From: Pristiophorus japonicus
Taxonomy: Eukaryota
Length of the DNA stretch: 64,000 nucleotides
Assembly: GCF_044704955.1 (NCBI RefSeq)
Contig: NC_091997.1
Location: 34,038,001 to 34,102,000, forward strand
Reading direction: 5' to 3'
Below, piece after piece: positions 11,240-25,045 of the stretch (the first letter of the stretch is position 1; every line of letters starts with the position of its first letter). The position numbers were made by a program, and so were the translations under genes. The notes beneath the pieces were generated by a model. It saw only the letters and a list, made by a program, of their open reading frames with translations, ran no database searches and had not been told where the DNA came from.

Positions 11240-12090
11240 AACCCCACCCCCAGCTCAGCCACACCCCCAGTTCACCCCACACCCACACACCCAGCTCACC
11301 CCCCCACCCACACACCCAGCTCACCCCCCACCCACACACCCAGCTCAGCCCCCACCCACACACCCAACTCACACCCCAACCACACACCCAGCTCACCCCA
11401 CACCCACACACCCAGTTCACCCACACCCCCAGCTCACCCCCCCACCCGCACACCCAGCTCACCCCACACACCCAGCTCACCCACACACCCAGCTCACCCC
11501 CCGCCCACACACCTAGCTCACCCCACACCCACACACCCAGCTCACCCACACCCCCAGTTCACCCCACACCCACACACCCAGCTCACCCCCCACCCACACA
11601 CCCAGCTCACCCACACCCCCAGCTCACCCTCCACCCCACACCCAGCTTACCCCCCACCCACACACCGAGCTCAGCCCCCACCCACACACCCAACTCACCC
11701 CCCAACCACACACCCAGCTCACCCCACACCCACACACCCAGCTCACCCACACCCCCAGCTCACCCCCCCACCCACACACCCAGCTCACCCCACACCCACA
11801 CACCCAGCTCAGCCCCCACCCACACCTCCAGCTCACCCACACACCCAGCTCAGCCCCCACCTACTCACCCCCACCCCCAGCTCACCACCCACCCGCTCAC
11901 CCACACCCCCAGCTCAGCCCCCACCCATTCACCCCCACCCCCAGCTCAGCCCCCACCCACTCACCCCCAACCCCAGCTCAGCTCCCACCCACTCACCCAC
12001 ACACCCAGCTCAGCTCCCACCCACACACCCAGCTCAACCACACACCCAGCTCTCCCCCACCCACAGCTCACCCTCACCCACACACCCAGA
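11240..12090. repeat. CA/C-rich minisatellite (cagctcaccc(c)acacacc-type variant units)
   Basis: Directly visible; explains the low-complexity W/G/V ORFs. Confidence 0.95.
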
Positions 12091-12294
12091 GCCTCAGGCT
12101 TGCCAGCAGGGTAATGGGCACCGACCGATCGAGGAGCAGGAACCCCAGCTGATCCCACCTCCCTGCACTCTCCAATTGCTGCCTGCAACAGATTCAGAAC
12201 AAGATGAAAATATAACCAGCAGGAATCAGAAGATTTTTTTTCTAACCCCTCCACCAGCCACCACTGAACGCTGTTCTCCAACCAGCCACTAGAG

Positions 12295-12900
12295 GGCTCA
12301 GTGGGCAGCACTCTCGCCTCTGAGTCAGAAGGTTGTGGGTTCAAATCCCACTCCAGAGACTTGAGGATAAAATCTAGGCTGACACTCCCAGTGCTGTACT
12401 GAAGGAGTGCCGCACTGTCGGAGGGGCAGTGCTGAGGGAGCCCTGCACTGTCGGAGGGGCAGTACTGCGGGAGCCCCCGCACTGTCGGAGGGGCAGTACT
12501 GTGGGAGCGCCGCACTGTCGGAGGGGCAGTACTGAGGGAGCGCCGCACTGTCGGAGGGGCAGTACTGAGGGAACGCCGCACTGTCGGAGGTGCCAGGTTA
12601 AACCGAGGCCCCGTCTGCTCTCTCAGGTGAAGATAAAAGATCCCATGGCACTATTTCAAAGAAGAGCAGGGGAGTTATCCCCGGTGTCCTGGAGCCAATA
12701 TTTACCCCTCAATCAACATAACAAAAACAGATTATCTGGTCATTATCACATTGCTGTTTGTGGGAACTTGCTGTGCGCAAATTGGCTGCCGCGTTTCCCA
12801 CATTACAACAGTGACTACGCTCCAAAACGTACTTAGTTGGCTGTAAAGCACTTTGGACGTCTGGTGGTGATGAAATGCGCTATATAAATGCAAGTCTTTT
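12295..12900 (+). mobile_element. SacSINE1-like SINE with about 6 x 33-bp units
   Basis: Head, array, Deu-type core and tail all present. Confidence 0.88.
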
Positions 12901-13299
12901 TTAATATAACAGCTGTATAGTATCAATGTAACGCTTCTGGTGCAAGAACGATTAGTTTCCTGCACAGAACCTTTCCCATGACAATTTCCTTTCACCCTTT
13001 TGGTGCGGACTCATTGCACAGTTCCAGAGACACCTCGGCACAGTGCCAAATCCTTGTGTGTGACAGCCGGCCATTCTGCCATGTTGGGCATCGTGGCCCA
13101 ATTGTGACGCTGTTCTAACGCCATGTCCAAATGCTCACTCACCGCCAGCAACACTGGACGGGATCTTTGGCTGATTCTTCACTTCTCTGTCCCAGCAAAG
13201 ACACCTACTACTGCCCTCATCCCTGCCTTTGTTACCTTTAGACATGACTACCCTCTGCTGGCCTCCCACATTTTACCCTTCAATCCGGTTTCCGTGCCT

Positions 13300-14695
13300 G
13301 CCACAACACTGACATCCTTTGTGACTGTGATAAAGGTAAACTATCCCTCCTCATCCTGTCTGCAGCCTTTGACACGGGTGACCACTCCATCCTTCTCCAA
13401 TGCCTCTCCACCATCGTCCAGCTGGGTGGGACTTCACTCGACTGGTTCCATTCTTATCTATCTAATCGTAGCCAGAGAATCACCTGCAACAACTTCTCTT
13501 CCCACCCCCGCATCGTTACCTCTGGTGTCCCCCAAGGATCTATCCTTGGCCCCTCCTATTTCTCATCTACATGTTGCCCCTTGTCGATATCATCCGAAAA
13601 CACAGCGTCAGTTTCCACATGTATGCTAATGATACCCAGCTCTACCTCACCAGCACTTCTCTCCACCCATCCACGGTCTCTAAATTGTCACACTGCTTGT
13701 CCGACATCCAGTACTGGATGAGTAGAAATTTTCTCCAATTAAATATTGGGGCGTCCGAAGCCATTGTCTTTGGTCCCTGCCACAAACTCTGTTCCCGAGC
13801 CAGCGACTCCATCCCTCTCCCTAGCATCTGTCTGAGGCTGAACCAGATTGCTCACAACCTTGGTGTCATATTTGACCCTGAAATGAGCTTCTGGCCACAT
13901 ATCTGCAGGATAACTAAAACCGCCTATTTCCATCTCCATAACATCGCCTGTCTCTGCCCCTGCCTCAGCTCATCCGCTGCTGAAACCCTCATCCGTGCCT
14001 TTGTTACCTCTAGACTTGACTATTCCAACGCACTCCTGTCTGGCCTCCCACATTCTACCCTACGTAAATGAGGTCATTCAAAACTCGGCTGCCCTTGTCC
14101 TAACTCGCACCAAGTCCTGCTCACCCATCACCCCCTGTGCTCGCTGCCCCTTGTCCTAACTTGCACCCAGTCCCACTCACCCATCACCCCCTGTGCTCGC
14201 TGCCCCTTGTCCTAACTCACACCCAGTCCCACTCACCCATCACCCCCTGTGCTCGCTGCCCCTTGTCCTAACTCGCACCCAGTCCCACTCACCTATCATC
14301 TCCTGTGCTCACTGACCTATATTGGCTCCCGGTCCGGCAATGCCTTGAAGATTTGTTTTCAAATCCCTCCGCGGCCCCACCCCTCCCGAACTCTGTAACC
14401 TCCTCCAGCCCCACAACCATCTTGCTTATCCCTGATTTCCATCGCTCTATCTTTGGGGGCCATACCTTCAGCTGCCTGGGCCCCAAGCTCTGGAATTCCC
14501 TCCCTAAACCTCTCTACCTCTCTCTCCTCCTTTAGGACATTCTTAAAAACCTACAACTTTGACCAAGCTTTTGGTCTCCTGTCCTAATATCTCTTTATGT
14601 GGTTCAGTTTTAAAATCGTGTCTGATAATGCTCCTGTGAAGCAGCTTGGGACGTTTTACTATGTTACAGATGCTATAAAGATGCAAATTGTTGTT
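13300..14695 (+). mobile_element. L2-type LINE fragment (RT and 3' end) with an internal ~59-bp tandem duplication
   Basis: ORF 13571..14071 (HMYANDTQLY..WM..NFLQLN..SRLDYSN); repeats at about 14090-14310. Confidence 0.88.
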
Positions 14696-15357
14696 GGCTT
14701 GGGACCAGGGATTGGCGCTCTTACTTTCTAGTCTCGCAGGTCCCTTCCTGCACGTTTACTAACCGAGTTATCTGGACAGGTACTTGGCAATATGTGTCCA
14801 ATGCTCCAGTCCACATTGAGGTATGTGCTAAGTGTTGACGTGATCCCAGAGAGTAAACAGCAACCTTTGATTTACTCTCCACTATCTGTCATTTTTACAG
14901 GCAGACTACTAGGGTGTTTAAATGTGGAGTGTGCGGACACGGAATCACCTGCCCTGTTGGCTGTGGACACAAGCACTGCTTCGTGTGCTATTAATCCATG
15001 CAGAGCAGAGGTTCCAGGTTTAAATCTCAGCCTGTGCTGAGTTAGCAGATAATATTAACACAATTATCTGTATATTAAATAACCACTCCACCATTTTTGT
15101 AGAACGCTATCAAATTGGTTTTATACAGAATACCGCTGCATTATTTTTGCATTTCCTGCTTCGCTTTCCAACCATTGATAATGTACGAGCAACTTTGAAA
15201 TCGAAAGGTGACGTCACAGCCAAGAGGATAAGTGATTGGCTGGTGATTGGTAAGTAGTTTTTCTTTTTCTTTTCTATTTCAGTAAGGAACCTTTAGCATT
15301 GTTGTTGCCAAATTAAGTTAATCTAGGGGTTAAGTCACGGCAGGAGAGCTCAGACAC

Positions 15358-16131
15358 ATGTTATGCTCCTCCTGTACTATGTGGGAAATCAGGGATGCCT
15401 CCGGTGTCCCTGACGACTACGTGTGCGGGAAGTGTATCCGCCTCCAGCTCCTGACGGACCGCGTTGCGGAACTGGAGCTGCGGGTGGATTCACTCTGGAG
15501 CATCCACGATGCTGAGAATGACGTGAATAGCACGTTTCGCGAGTTGGTCTTATCGCAGGTAAAGGATACACAGCCAGATACGGAATGGAAGACCAACAGG
15601 AAGAGCAGTGCAAGGAAGGTAGTGCAGGGGTCCCCTGCGGTCATCCCCCTGCAAAACAGATACACCGCTTTGGGTACTGTTGAGGGGGATGACGCATCAA
15701 GGGAGAGCAGCAGCAGCCAGGTTCATGGCACCGTGGCGGGCTCTGCTGCACAGGAGGGAAGGAAAAAGAGTGGGAGAGCTATAGTGATAGGGGATTCAAT
15801 TGTAAGGGGAATAGATAGGCGTTTCTGTGGCCGCAACCAAGGCTCCAGGATGGTATGTTGCCTCCCTGGTGCAAGTGTCAAGGATGTCTCGGAGCGGGTG
15901 CAGAACATTCTGAAAAGGGAGGGTGAACAGCCAGTTGTCGTGGTGCATATAGGTACCAACGGTATAGGTACAAAATGGGATGAAGTCCTACGAGACGAAT
16001 TTAGGGAGCTAGAAGTTAAATTAAAAAGTAGGACCTCAAAAGTAGTAATTTCAAAATTGCTACCAGTGCCACGTGCTAGTCAGAGTAGGAATCGCAGGAT
16101 AGCTCAGATGAATACGTGGCTTGAGCAGTGA
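15358..16131 (+). pseudogene. CR1 ORF1p: N-terminal zinc finger/coiled coil plus SGNH esterase (premature stop)
   Basis: CxxC..CxxC, VIGDSIVR (GDS block) and VHIGTN motifs; DGLHL-encoding sequence continues past the stop. Confidence 0.9.
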
Positions 16132-16449
16132 TGCAGAGGGGAGGGATTCAAATTCCTGGGACATTGGAACCGGTTCTGGGGGAGGTGGGACCAGTACAAA
16201 CCGGACGGTCTGCACCTGGGCAGGACCGGAACCAATGTTTGCTAGTGCTGTTTGGGAGGAGTTAAACTAATATGGCAGGGGGATGGGAACCTATGCAGGG
16301 AGACAGAGGGGAATAAAATAGAGGCAGAAGCAAAAGATAGAAAGGAGAATAGTAAAAGTGGAGGGCAGAGAAACCCAAGGCAAAAAACAAAAAGAGCCAC
16401 TTTACAGCAGAATTCTAAAGGGTCAAAGTGTATTAAAAAGTCAAGCTGA

Positions 16450-19230
16450 AAGGCTCTGTGCCTCAATGCGAGGAGTATTCGGAATAAGGTGGACGAATTA
16501 ACTGTGCAGATAGCAGTTAACGGGTATGATGTGATTGGCATCACGGAGACATGGCACCAGGGTGACCAAGGCTGGGAACTCAACATCCAGGGGTATTCAG
16601 CATTTAGGAAGGATAGACAGAAAGGAAAATGAGAGGGGGGGGGGGGGGGGTGGCATTGCTGGTTAAAGAGGAAATTAATGCAATTGTAAGGAAGGACATT
16701 AGCTTGGATGATGTGGAATCGGTATGGATGGAGCTACGGAATACCAAAGGGCAGAAAACACTTGTGGGAGTTGTGTACATGCCACCACATAGTAGTAGTA
16801 AGGTTGGGGACAGCATCAAACAACAAATAAGGGATGTGTGCAATAAAGGTACAGCAGTAATCATGGGTGACTTTAATCTACATATTGATTGGGCTAACCT
16901 AACTGGTAGCAATGCGGTGGAGGAGGATTTCCTGGAGTGTATTAGGGATGGATTTCTAGACCAATATGTCGAAGAACCAACCAGAGAGCTGGCCATCCTA
17001 GACTGGGTGATGTGTAATGAGAAGGGACTAATTAGCAATCTTGTTGTGCGAGGCCCCTTGGGGAAGAGTGACCATAATATGGTAGAATTCTTTATTAAGA
17101 TGGAGAGTGACAAAGTTAATTCAGAAACTAGGGTCCTGAACTTAAGAAAAGGTAACTTTGATGGTATGAGGCGCGAATTGGCTAGATTAGACTGGCAAAT
17201 GATACTTAAAGGGTTGACGGTGGATAGGCAATGGCAAACCTTTAAAGATCATGTGGACGAACTTCAACAATTGTACATCCCTGTCTGGAGTAAAAATAAA
17301 ACGGCTCAACCGTGGCTAACAAGGGAAATTAAGGATAGTGTTAAATCCAAGGAAGAGGCATACAAATTTGCCAGAAAAAGTAGCAAACAGTTGGACTGGG
17401 AGAAATTTAGAATACAGCAGAGGAGGACAAAGGGTTTAATTAAGAGGGGGGAAATAGAGTACGAGAGGAAGCTTGCCGGAAACATAAAAAATGACTGCAA
17501 AAACTTCTATAGGTATGTGAAGAGGAAAAGATTAGTGAAGACAAGCGTTGGTCCCTTGCAGTCGGATTCAGGTGAATTTATAATGGGGAACAAAGAAATA
17601 GCAGACCAATTGAACAAGTACTTTGGTTCTGTCTTCACAAAGGAAGACACAAATAACCTTCCCGAAGTACTTGGGTTCCGAAGGACTAGTGAGAAGGAGG
17701 AACTGAAGGATATCCTTATTAGGCGGGAAATTGTGTTAGGGAAATTGACGAGGTTGAAGGCTGATAAATCCCCAGGGCCTGATAGTCTACATCCCAGAGT
17801 ACTTAAGGAAGTGGCCCTAGAAATAGTGGATGCATTGGTGATAATTTTCCAACAGTCTATCGACTCTGGATCAGTTCCTATGGACTGGAGGGTTGCTAAT
17901 GTAACACCACTTTTTAAAAAAGGAGGGAGAAAATGGGTAATTATAGACCAGTTAGCCTGACATCGGTGGTGGGGAAAATGTTGGAATCGATCATTAAGGA
18001 TGAAATAGCAGCACATTTGGAGAGCAGTGATAGGATTGGTTAAGTCAGTATGGATTTATGAAAGGGAAATCATGCTTGAAAAATCTTCTGGAATTTTTTG
18101 AGGATGTAACTAGTAGGGTGGACAAGGGAGAACCAGTGGATGTGGTATATTTGGACTTTCAAAAGGCTTTTGACAAGGTCCCACACAAGAGATTGGTGTG
18201 CAAAATCAATGCACATGGTATTGGGGGTAATGTACTGTTGTGGATAGAGAACTGGTTGGCAGACAGGAAGCAGAGAGTCGGGATAAACGGGTCCTTTTCA
18301 GAATGGCAGGCAGTGACAAGTGGAGTGCCGCAGTGCTCAGTGCTGAGACCCCAGCTCTTTAAAATATATATTAATGATTTAGATGATGGAGTTGAGTGTA
18401 ATATCTCCAAGTTTGCAGATGACTCTAAACTTGGTGGCGGTGTGATCTGTGAGGAGGACACCAAGAGGTTGCAGGGTGACTTGGACAGGTTCGGCGAATG
18501 GGCAAATACATGGCAGATGCAGTATAATGTGGATAAATGTGAGATTATCCACTTTGGGGCAAAAACACGAAGGCAGAATATTATCTGAATGGCGGAAGAT
18601 TAGGAAAAGGGGAGGTGCAGTGAGACCTGGGTGTCATGGTTCATCAGTCATTGAAAGTTGGCATGCAGGTACAGCAGGCGGTGAAGAAGGCAAATGGTAT
18701 GTTGGCCTTCATAGCAAGGGGATTTGAGTATAGGAGCAGGGAAGTCTTGCTGCAGTTGTACAGGGCCTTGGTGAGGCCCCACCTGGAATATTGTGTTCAG
18801 TTTTGGTCTCCTAATCTGAGGAAGGACGTTCTGGCTATTGAGGGAGTGCAGCGAAGATTCACCAGACTAATTTCAGGGATGGCAGGAATGACATATGAGA
18901 AGAGACTGGATCAACTGGGCCTTTAATCACTGGAGTTTAGAAGGATGAGAGGAGATCTCATAGAAACATAAGATTCTGACTGGACTAGACAGGCTCGATG
19001 CAGGAAGAATGTTCCCGATGTTGGGGAAGTCCAGAATCAGGGGACACAGTCTTAGGATAAGGGGCAGGCCATTTAGGACTGAGATGAGGAGAAACTTCTT
19101 CACTCAGAGTTGTTAACCTGTGGAATTCCCTGCCGCAGAGAGTTGTTGATGCCAGTTCATTGGATATATTCAAGAGGAAGTTAGATATGGCCCTTACGGT
19201 TAAGGGGATCAAGGGGTATGGAGAGAAAGC
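16450..19230 (+). pseudogene. CR1 ORF2p (endonuclease-reverse transcriptase), fragmented
   Basis: ORFs 16629..17960 (GDFN, SDH, KSPGPD), 18058..18588 ([15 protein letters not shown]) and 18636..18926. Confidence 0.93.
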
Positions 19231-19568
19231 AGGAAAGGGGTACTGAAGGAATGATCAGCCATGATCTTATCGAATGGCGGTGCAGGCTCGAAGGGCCGAA
19301 TGACCTACTCCTGCACCTATTTTCTATGTTCACACTTTGTTTTGTCAGCCTTATGATCCCAGCTGCAGAGAGTGACCCCACCAGTCCCGGCCAGTCCCCC
19401 GTCAACCCTGCCTGGAGACCGCCTGCTGTAAGTGATGCACATCATTTGTATTGTGTAACTATCGTCCACTCATTGCACGGTGCTGGAGAAATCAGCTGGC
19501 TTTTATCGGGAGAAGTTGCTGTCGTTTTGGTCTTGAATTCTGTTTGCTGCAGTTCGTAGAGACTCTTT

Positions 19569-19761
19569 AAATAGATTCTGTTTGCTGTGAAATAGACTGT
19601 TGTGAAATAGATTCTGTTTGCTGTGAAATAAAATGCTGTGAAATAGATTCTGTTTGCTGTGAGATAAGACTGTTCGCTGTGAAATAGATACTGTTTGCTG
19701 TGAAATAAATACTGTTTGTTGTGAAATAGATTCTGTTTGCTGTGAAATAGACTGTTTGCTG
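19569..19761. repeat. ~21-bp minisatellite (gtgaaatagattctgtttgct), about 9-10 variant copies
   Basis: Directly visible. Confidence 0.92.
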
Positions 19762-20149
19762 TAAGTCCCGCCCCACCTCCAACTCATTGGCTAATACATA
19801 GTGGTGTCAATACTCAATCTGTATTATCCCAGACTAGCGAGAGGGATTAACAAAATCGGACTCCCGCTCATGACCTAGTGACCCCTGTTGGAAAGTGAGC
19901 ATGTGTTGGGTGAGGTTTGAGGTATTCTCCTGCGCCGGAATAGCTTCAATGTCTGGGCTCACGTGGGAACGATGGTCATTTGGGTGAGGTACTGGCAGAG
20001 ATGAGAAGGTCCCTCAGTGTGAGACAGTGGGATAGATTATTGCCTTTACCTCAGGCGATGCACTCCAGTGACAGAATCTGCCAGAGCACATCGCCACACT
20101 ATTTATAGAACCTGCCTGATTTTCATACCACTGAAATAAAGGGAATGAA

Positions 20150-21385
20150 GCTCGGGTATGGAATTGAAAAGCAGAGAAGTTATGTTCAACTTATACAGAA
20201 CTTTGGTTAGACCACAGTTGCTGTGCACAGTTCTGGTCTTCATATTTCAAAAAAGATAGAGGCACTGAAGACAATGCAAAAAAGATTTACAAGAATTTTA
20301 CCAGAACTGAGAGGTTATACAGGAAAGATTGAACAGGTTGCGGTTAGGGTTAGGAGAAGGCTGAGAGGTGACCGATAGAGGTTTTTAAGATTATGAAAGG
20401 GTTGATAGGGTAAACTTAGAGATGTTTCCACTTGTGGGGAGTCCAAAAGTAGGGGCCATAAATATCCTTAAAGTAACTAATAAATCCAATGGGGAATTCA
20501 GGAGAAACTTCTTTCCCCAGAGAGTGGTGAGAATGTGGAACTCGCTGTCACACGGAGGGGTTGAGGTGAATAGTATCGATGCATTTAAGGGGAAGCTGGA
20601 TAAACACATGAGGGAGAAAGAAATAGAAGGATATGGTGATGGGGGGGGAGATGGAGACGGGTGGGAGGGGGCTGGTGTGGAGCATAAACTCCGGCCCGGA
20701 CCCATGGGGCCCAATGGCCTGTTTCTGGGCTGCACACTCGATGTAATTTGCCAAATTACCAATCAAACTGTGAAAAGACAAAAATCTACCTCAACATCTT
20801 CGGGGGAGGGCAGTTTTAAAAAACCCACAGATCACTGGTTAGACCCCAGTTGGAACATTGTGACCAATTGTGGGCGCCGCAGTTTAGGAAGGATATCAAG
20901 TGCGTAGAGAGGGTGCAGAGGAGGTTGACTAGAATGATACCAGGGATGAGGGACTTATGTTACATGGAGGGACTGGAGAAGCTGGAGTTGTTCTCCTTGG
21001 AGCAGAGAAGGTTAAGGGGAGATTTGATAGAGGTATTCAAAATTAAGAGGGATTTTGTAAGAGTAAATAATATTTACACAGGCAGGAGGGTCGGTAACCA
21101 AAGGACACAGATTTAAGGTCATTGGCAAAAGAACCAGAGGGGGAGATGAGAATGTGTTTACACGGCGAGGTGTGATCGGGAATGCGCTGCCTGAAAGGGC
21201 GGTGGAAGCAGATTCAATAGTAACTTTCAAACAAGGAATTGGATAAATACTGGAAAAGGAAAGATTTGCAGGGCTATGGAGAAAGGGCAGGGGGGAGTGG
21301 GACTAATTGGATCGCTCTTTCGAAGAGCTAGCACAGGCACGATGGGCTGAATTGCCTCCTTCTGTGCTGTAGGATTCTATGATAC
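20150..21385 (+). mobile_element. Two degraded CR1 3' fragments
   Basis: ORFs 20422.. and 20850.. carry RRNFF.QRVV and LEQRRLRGDLIEVFK motifs. Confidence 0.85.
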
Positions 21386-21969
21386 AAGGGATGATTGTGA
21401 TACCATACTGAGTAATACTGTCACAAGCCTCACAAGGGAGCATAGTATCAGGATTAATAGATACCAGGGAGTGATTGCAAGGCAGTAATCTAATTTTCTG
21501 GATCGTAAAATGAGATTACTAGGTGGAATACTCGCCCTGCGATTATAACAGTGACTGTCGGGCTATTGGTTTCCTCTTTCTGAGCATGTAATCTTGTGCT
21601 GGTTATGTGCGTCAGCCCGATAGCTAGCGTCAGTGTGCTCTCATCTTGCTGATCTGCAATAATGTTCCCAGTTGATGGATAAATGACTGTGACATCTTCA
21701 GTGTAGATCTAATTGGGAAATAATTTGCTGCTGATTACGAGGAAAATTCTCCCGCCAATGGATATTATACAGGGATTTATTTCACGGCTCTGAGCAGGGG
21801 AATTGAGGTCGCTGCGCAGATCACGCACCACTGCTAATACTGCCTGGTTCCAGTTTGACACACAATTAGAGAATGTGTAGCACAGAAACAGGCCATTCGG
21901 CCCAACAACTTGTCGTGATGTGGAACACGCTGCCTGAAAGGGCGGTGGAAGCAGATTCAATAGTAACTT

Positions 21970-22340
21970 TAATATAGCGCCTTAGTATAACGTCCCAAGG
22001 TGCTTCACAGCAGTGTTATAAGACGAAACAGATAAATTTGACACCGAGCCACATAAGAAGAAATTAGGGCAGGTGACCAAATGCTTGGTTAAAGAGGTAG
22101 GTTTTAAGGAGCATCTTAAAGGAGGAAAGAGAGTAGAGGCGGAGGTTTAGGGAGGGAGTTCCAGAGCTTGGGGCCCAGGAAACAGAAGGCACGGTGGATG
22201 GGGTGCTGATCAAGCGGGCTGCTTCGTCGTGAATGGTGTCGAGCTTCTGGAGTGTTGTTGGAGCTGCACTCATCCAGGCAAGTGGAGAGTGTTCCATCAC
22301 ACTCCTGACTTGTGCCTAGCAGATGGTGGAAAGGCTTTGG
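21970..22340 (-). mobile_element. L2 3' end fused to a fragment of a second LINE family (MEYSPLAW type)
   Basis: L2 tail plus MEHSPLAWMSAAPTTLQKLDTI. Confidence 0.75.
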
Positions 22341-22714
22341 GGAGAAACCGACAGATATGGTATCTGGCCCTGGTGCTAGCTGCACTCCCTGCCGGGCCTT
22401 TGATTTTTAGCTGAAAACCTGAGGTGGATTTGATGCAAACCCCGTAGGCTACAGAAAAACTGTTGTTTAATCAAGATGTCTGTGTAAGAATTCCTGCCTG
22501 TGACAATGCTGCTGGGCTGTGAATGTCCACTTTCAGTGGGCACAGATGCTGAGGCCAATTGTGACGTCCAAACCATCAGCCCGGATGAGACCAGCTAGTC
22601 CTTTCTCAACATTCCCCCCTGAACCAACGGCAGATTAACTGGTCAAAGGCACTCCTCTTACCTGCAGCCCTTTGAGATGTTGCTGGGAGGTGTGATGAGG
22701 TGCTGTACAAATAC

Positions 22715-22877
22715 ACGTTCTACCTTTTTAAATATTTTATTCCACTGGAATAGTCGTACGAAGCAGGTGATCGATGGCACAGCAGGAGGTGAGACTGAAG
22801 ACAGCAGGGGGTGTCGTAGCACCGAACAACACCTGGCTTCACCCACTTCTATCGAGGTTGAGGGGTCTGCGGATCCC
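22715..22877 (-). other. Candidate alternative or downstream terminal exon of the SNX11-like gene
   Basis: Strong acceptor ccattttctttcag|GGGATCC at 22877; AATAAA at 22736-22741; reading frame open in phase 2 (GSADPSTSIEVGEARCC..). Confidence 0.45.
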
Positions 22878-23204
22878 CTGAAAGAAAATGGTCTGTTCAA
22901 CACCGAGTCTGAAGCTGGTATGTAGCTACAGGGTAGATGTTTCCCCCGGGCTGGGGACTCTAGAACCAGGGGTCACAGTCTCAGAATAAGGGGTCGGCCA
23001 TTTTGGACTGAGATGAGGAGAGATTTCTTCACTCAGAGGCTGGTGAATCTTTGGAATTGTCTGCCCCAGAGGGCTGTGGAGGCTCAGTCGTTGAGTATAT
23101 TCAAGACAGAGAGGTAATTTAGGCTTTGTGCGAGTGTGACAATCGGAACAACCACCCATTCCACATCTCTCCCGAATTTCATTCTCGTTGATTTCAATAC
23201 ATTC

Positions 23205-23530
23205 CGTGTGGGGAAGGTGCTCCCACAGCGCTGTTAGGGAGGGAGTTACAGAATTTTGATCCAGCAACGATGAAGTTACGGCCGATATATTTCCATGTCG
23301 GGAATGTGTGTGTGACTCGGAGGGGAACGTGGAGGCGATGGTGTTCCCATGCGCCTGCTGCCCTTGCCCTTCTAGGGGTAGAGGTCACAGGTTTGGGAGG
23401 TGCTGCCGCAGAAGCCTTGGCGAGTTGCTGCAGTGCATCGTGTAGATGGTACACACTGCAGCCACGGTGCGCCGGTGGTGGAGGGAGTGAATGTTGAAGG
23501 TGGCGGATGGAGTGCCAATCAAGCGGGCTA
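23205..23530 (-). mobile_element. LINE fragment (MEYSPLAW family, 3' part)
   Basis: Same sequence family as 37535-38095. Confidence 0.8.
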
Positions 23531-24278
23531 CTCTGTTGTGCGTTAAATAATTGTGTGCATTCTCTTTATTTAATTAGCAGACACGTTATCACTCTAGGAA
23601 ACACATAAGCAGCATTCACTTCAATCGGTATTTCTAAAGCCCTGGTTACAGATAAACTACTCTGGTTTCTCGGTCAGTGAATCTGACCATTTATAGGCTT
23701 TTCTATAATTTTTAATTTGTTACAGATTTTGCTGAAACCTGCTAATTCCCTTTCAAACTAAAAAAGATTGAAATGTGATCTCCCTTTGTGATCTCTGGCT
23801 GTTTATATTGCCACTCATTTAGATCAGTCATGATTTTATTAAATGGAGCAGGCTCGAGGGGCCAAATGGCTGACTCCTGCTCCTAATGTTCTTATTTTCA
23901 TTATGCCACACACTCAAACAGTACTAGATTTGGGGTAGGGGGAGAGAAAGAGGTAAGCGGAGGATTCCATAGGATATACGGCACAGAAACAGGCCATTCG
24001 GCCCAAGTTCGTGCCGGCGTTTATGCTCCACTCGAGCCTCCTCCCGTTTTTCCTCATCTAAATCTATCAGCATAACGCTCTATTCCCTTCTCCCTCATAT
24101 ACCTATCTGGTTTCTCAAATAAATCTATACTATTTGCCTCAACCACTCCCTGTGGTAGTGAGTTCCACATTCTCACCACTCTCTGGGTAAAGGATAATGG
24201 ACCCTTCAGAAACCCCGCCACACCCATTTTACCACACTGAGCAGGTGACAGTGATTCCACGCACACACTGCCCTGCTC

Positions 24279-24284
<6 letters not shown>

Positions 24285-24309
<25 letters not shown>

Positions 24310-24318
24310 TGCCCTGCT

Positions 24319-24348
<30 letters not shown>
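24285..24348. repeat. (CA)n microsatellite
   Basis: Directly visible. Confidence 0.9.
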
Positions 24349-24350
<2 letters not shown>

Positions 24351-24412
24351 CAGGTAACTCATCCATTGAACACGATTCACTCATTCTCCACAGATATACA
24401 TTATCTATACAG

Positions 24413-25045
24413 CAACAACTTGCATTTATATAGCGCCTTTAACGTAGTAAAACGTCCCAAGGCGCTTCACAGAAGCGTAATCAGACACAATATGACACCG
24501 AGCCACATAAGGAGATATTAGGACAGGTTGGTCAAAGAGGTAGGTTTATGGAATGTCTTAAAGGAGGAGAGGTAGAGAGGTTGAGGAAAGGAATTCCAAA
24601 GCTTAGGGCCCTGGCAGTTGAAGGCATGGCCGCCAATGGTGGAGCGATGGAAATCAGGGATATGCAAGAGGCCAGAATTGGAGGAGCGCAGAGAGCTTGG
24701 TTGAGGGGTTGTGGGACTGGAGGAGATTAGAGAGAGAGTGAGGGGGCAAGGCTATGGAGGGATTTGAAAACAAGGATGAGAATTTTTAATTCGAGGCATT
24801 GCTGGACCGGGAGCCGATGTGGGGCAGCGAGCACAGGAGGTGATGGGTGAGCGGGACTCGGTGCGAGTTAGGACACGGGGCAGCGAGCACAGCGGGTGAT
24901 GGGTGAGCGGGACTGGGTGCGAGTTAGGACACAGGGCACAGGGGGTGATAGGTGAGCGGGACAGGGATGAGCTGAGGTTTATAGAGGGAGGAAGGTGGCA
25001 GGCTGGCCAGGAGAGTATTGGAATAGTCGGGTCTGGAGGTAACAA
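24413..25045 (-). mobile_element. L2-type LINE 3' fragment with internal tandem duplication
   Basis: Tail aggcgctatataaatgcaagttgctg; repeated tcacccatcac motif at 24825-24960. Confidence 0.82.

Larger units (their letters stand above)
15198..19331 (+). mobile_element. Near full-length CR1 LINE, inactivated by stops and frameshifts
   Basis: 5' UTR, ORF1, then ORF2 pieces (APE, RT with FADD, C-terminus) and tail cctgcacctattttctatgtt. Confidence 0.95.

Noticed and set aside
11070-12100. Trp/Gly/Val-rich ORFs
   Set aside because: Minisatellite translation
19766-19792. GC box plus CCAAT box next to a minisatellite
   Set aside because: Only two short motifs; no CpG island or exon nearby
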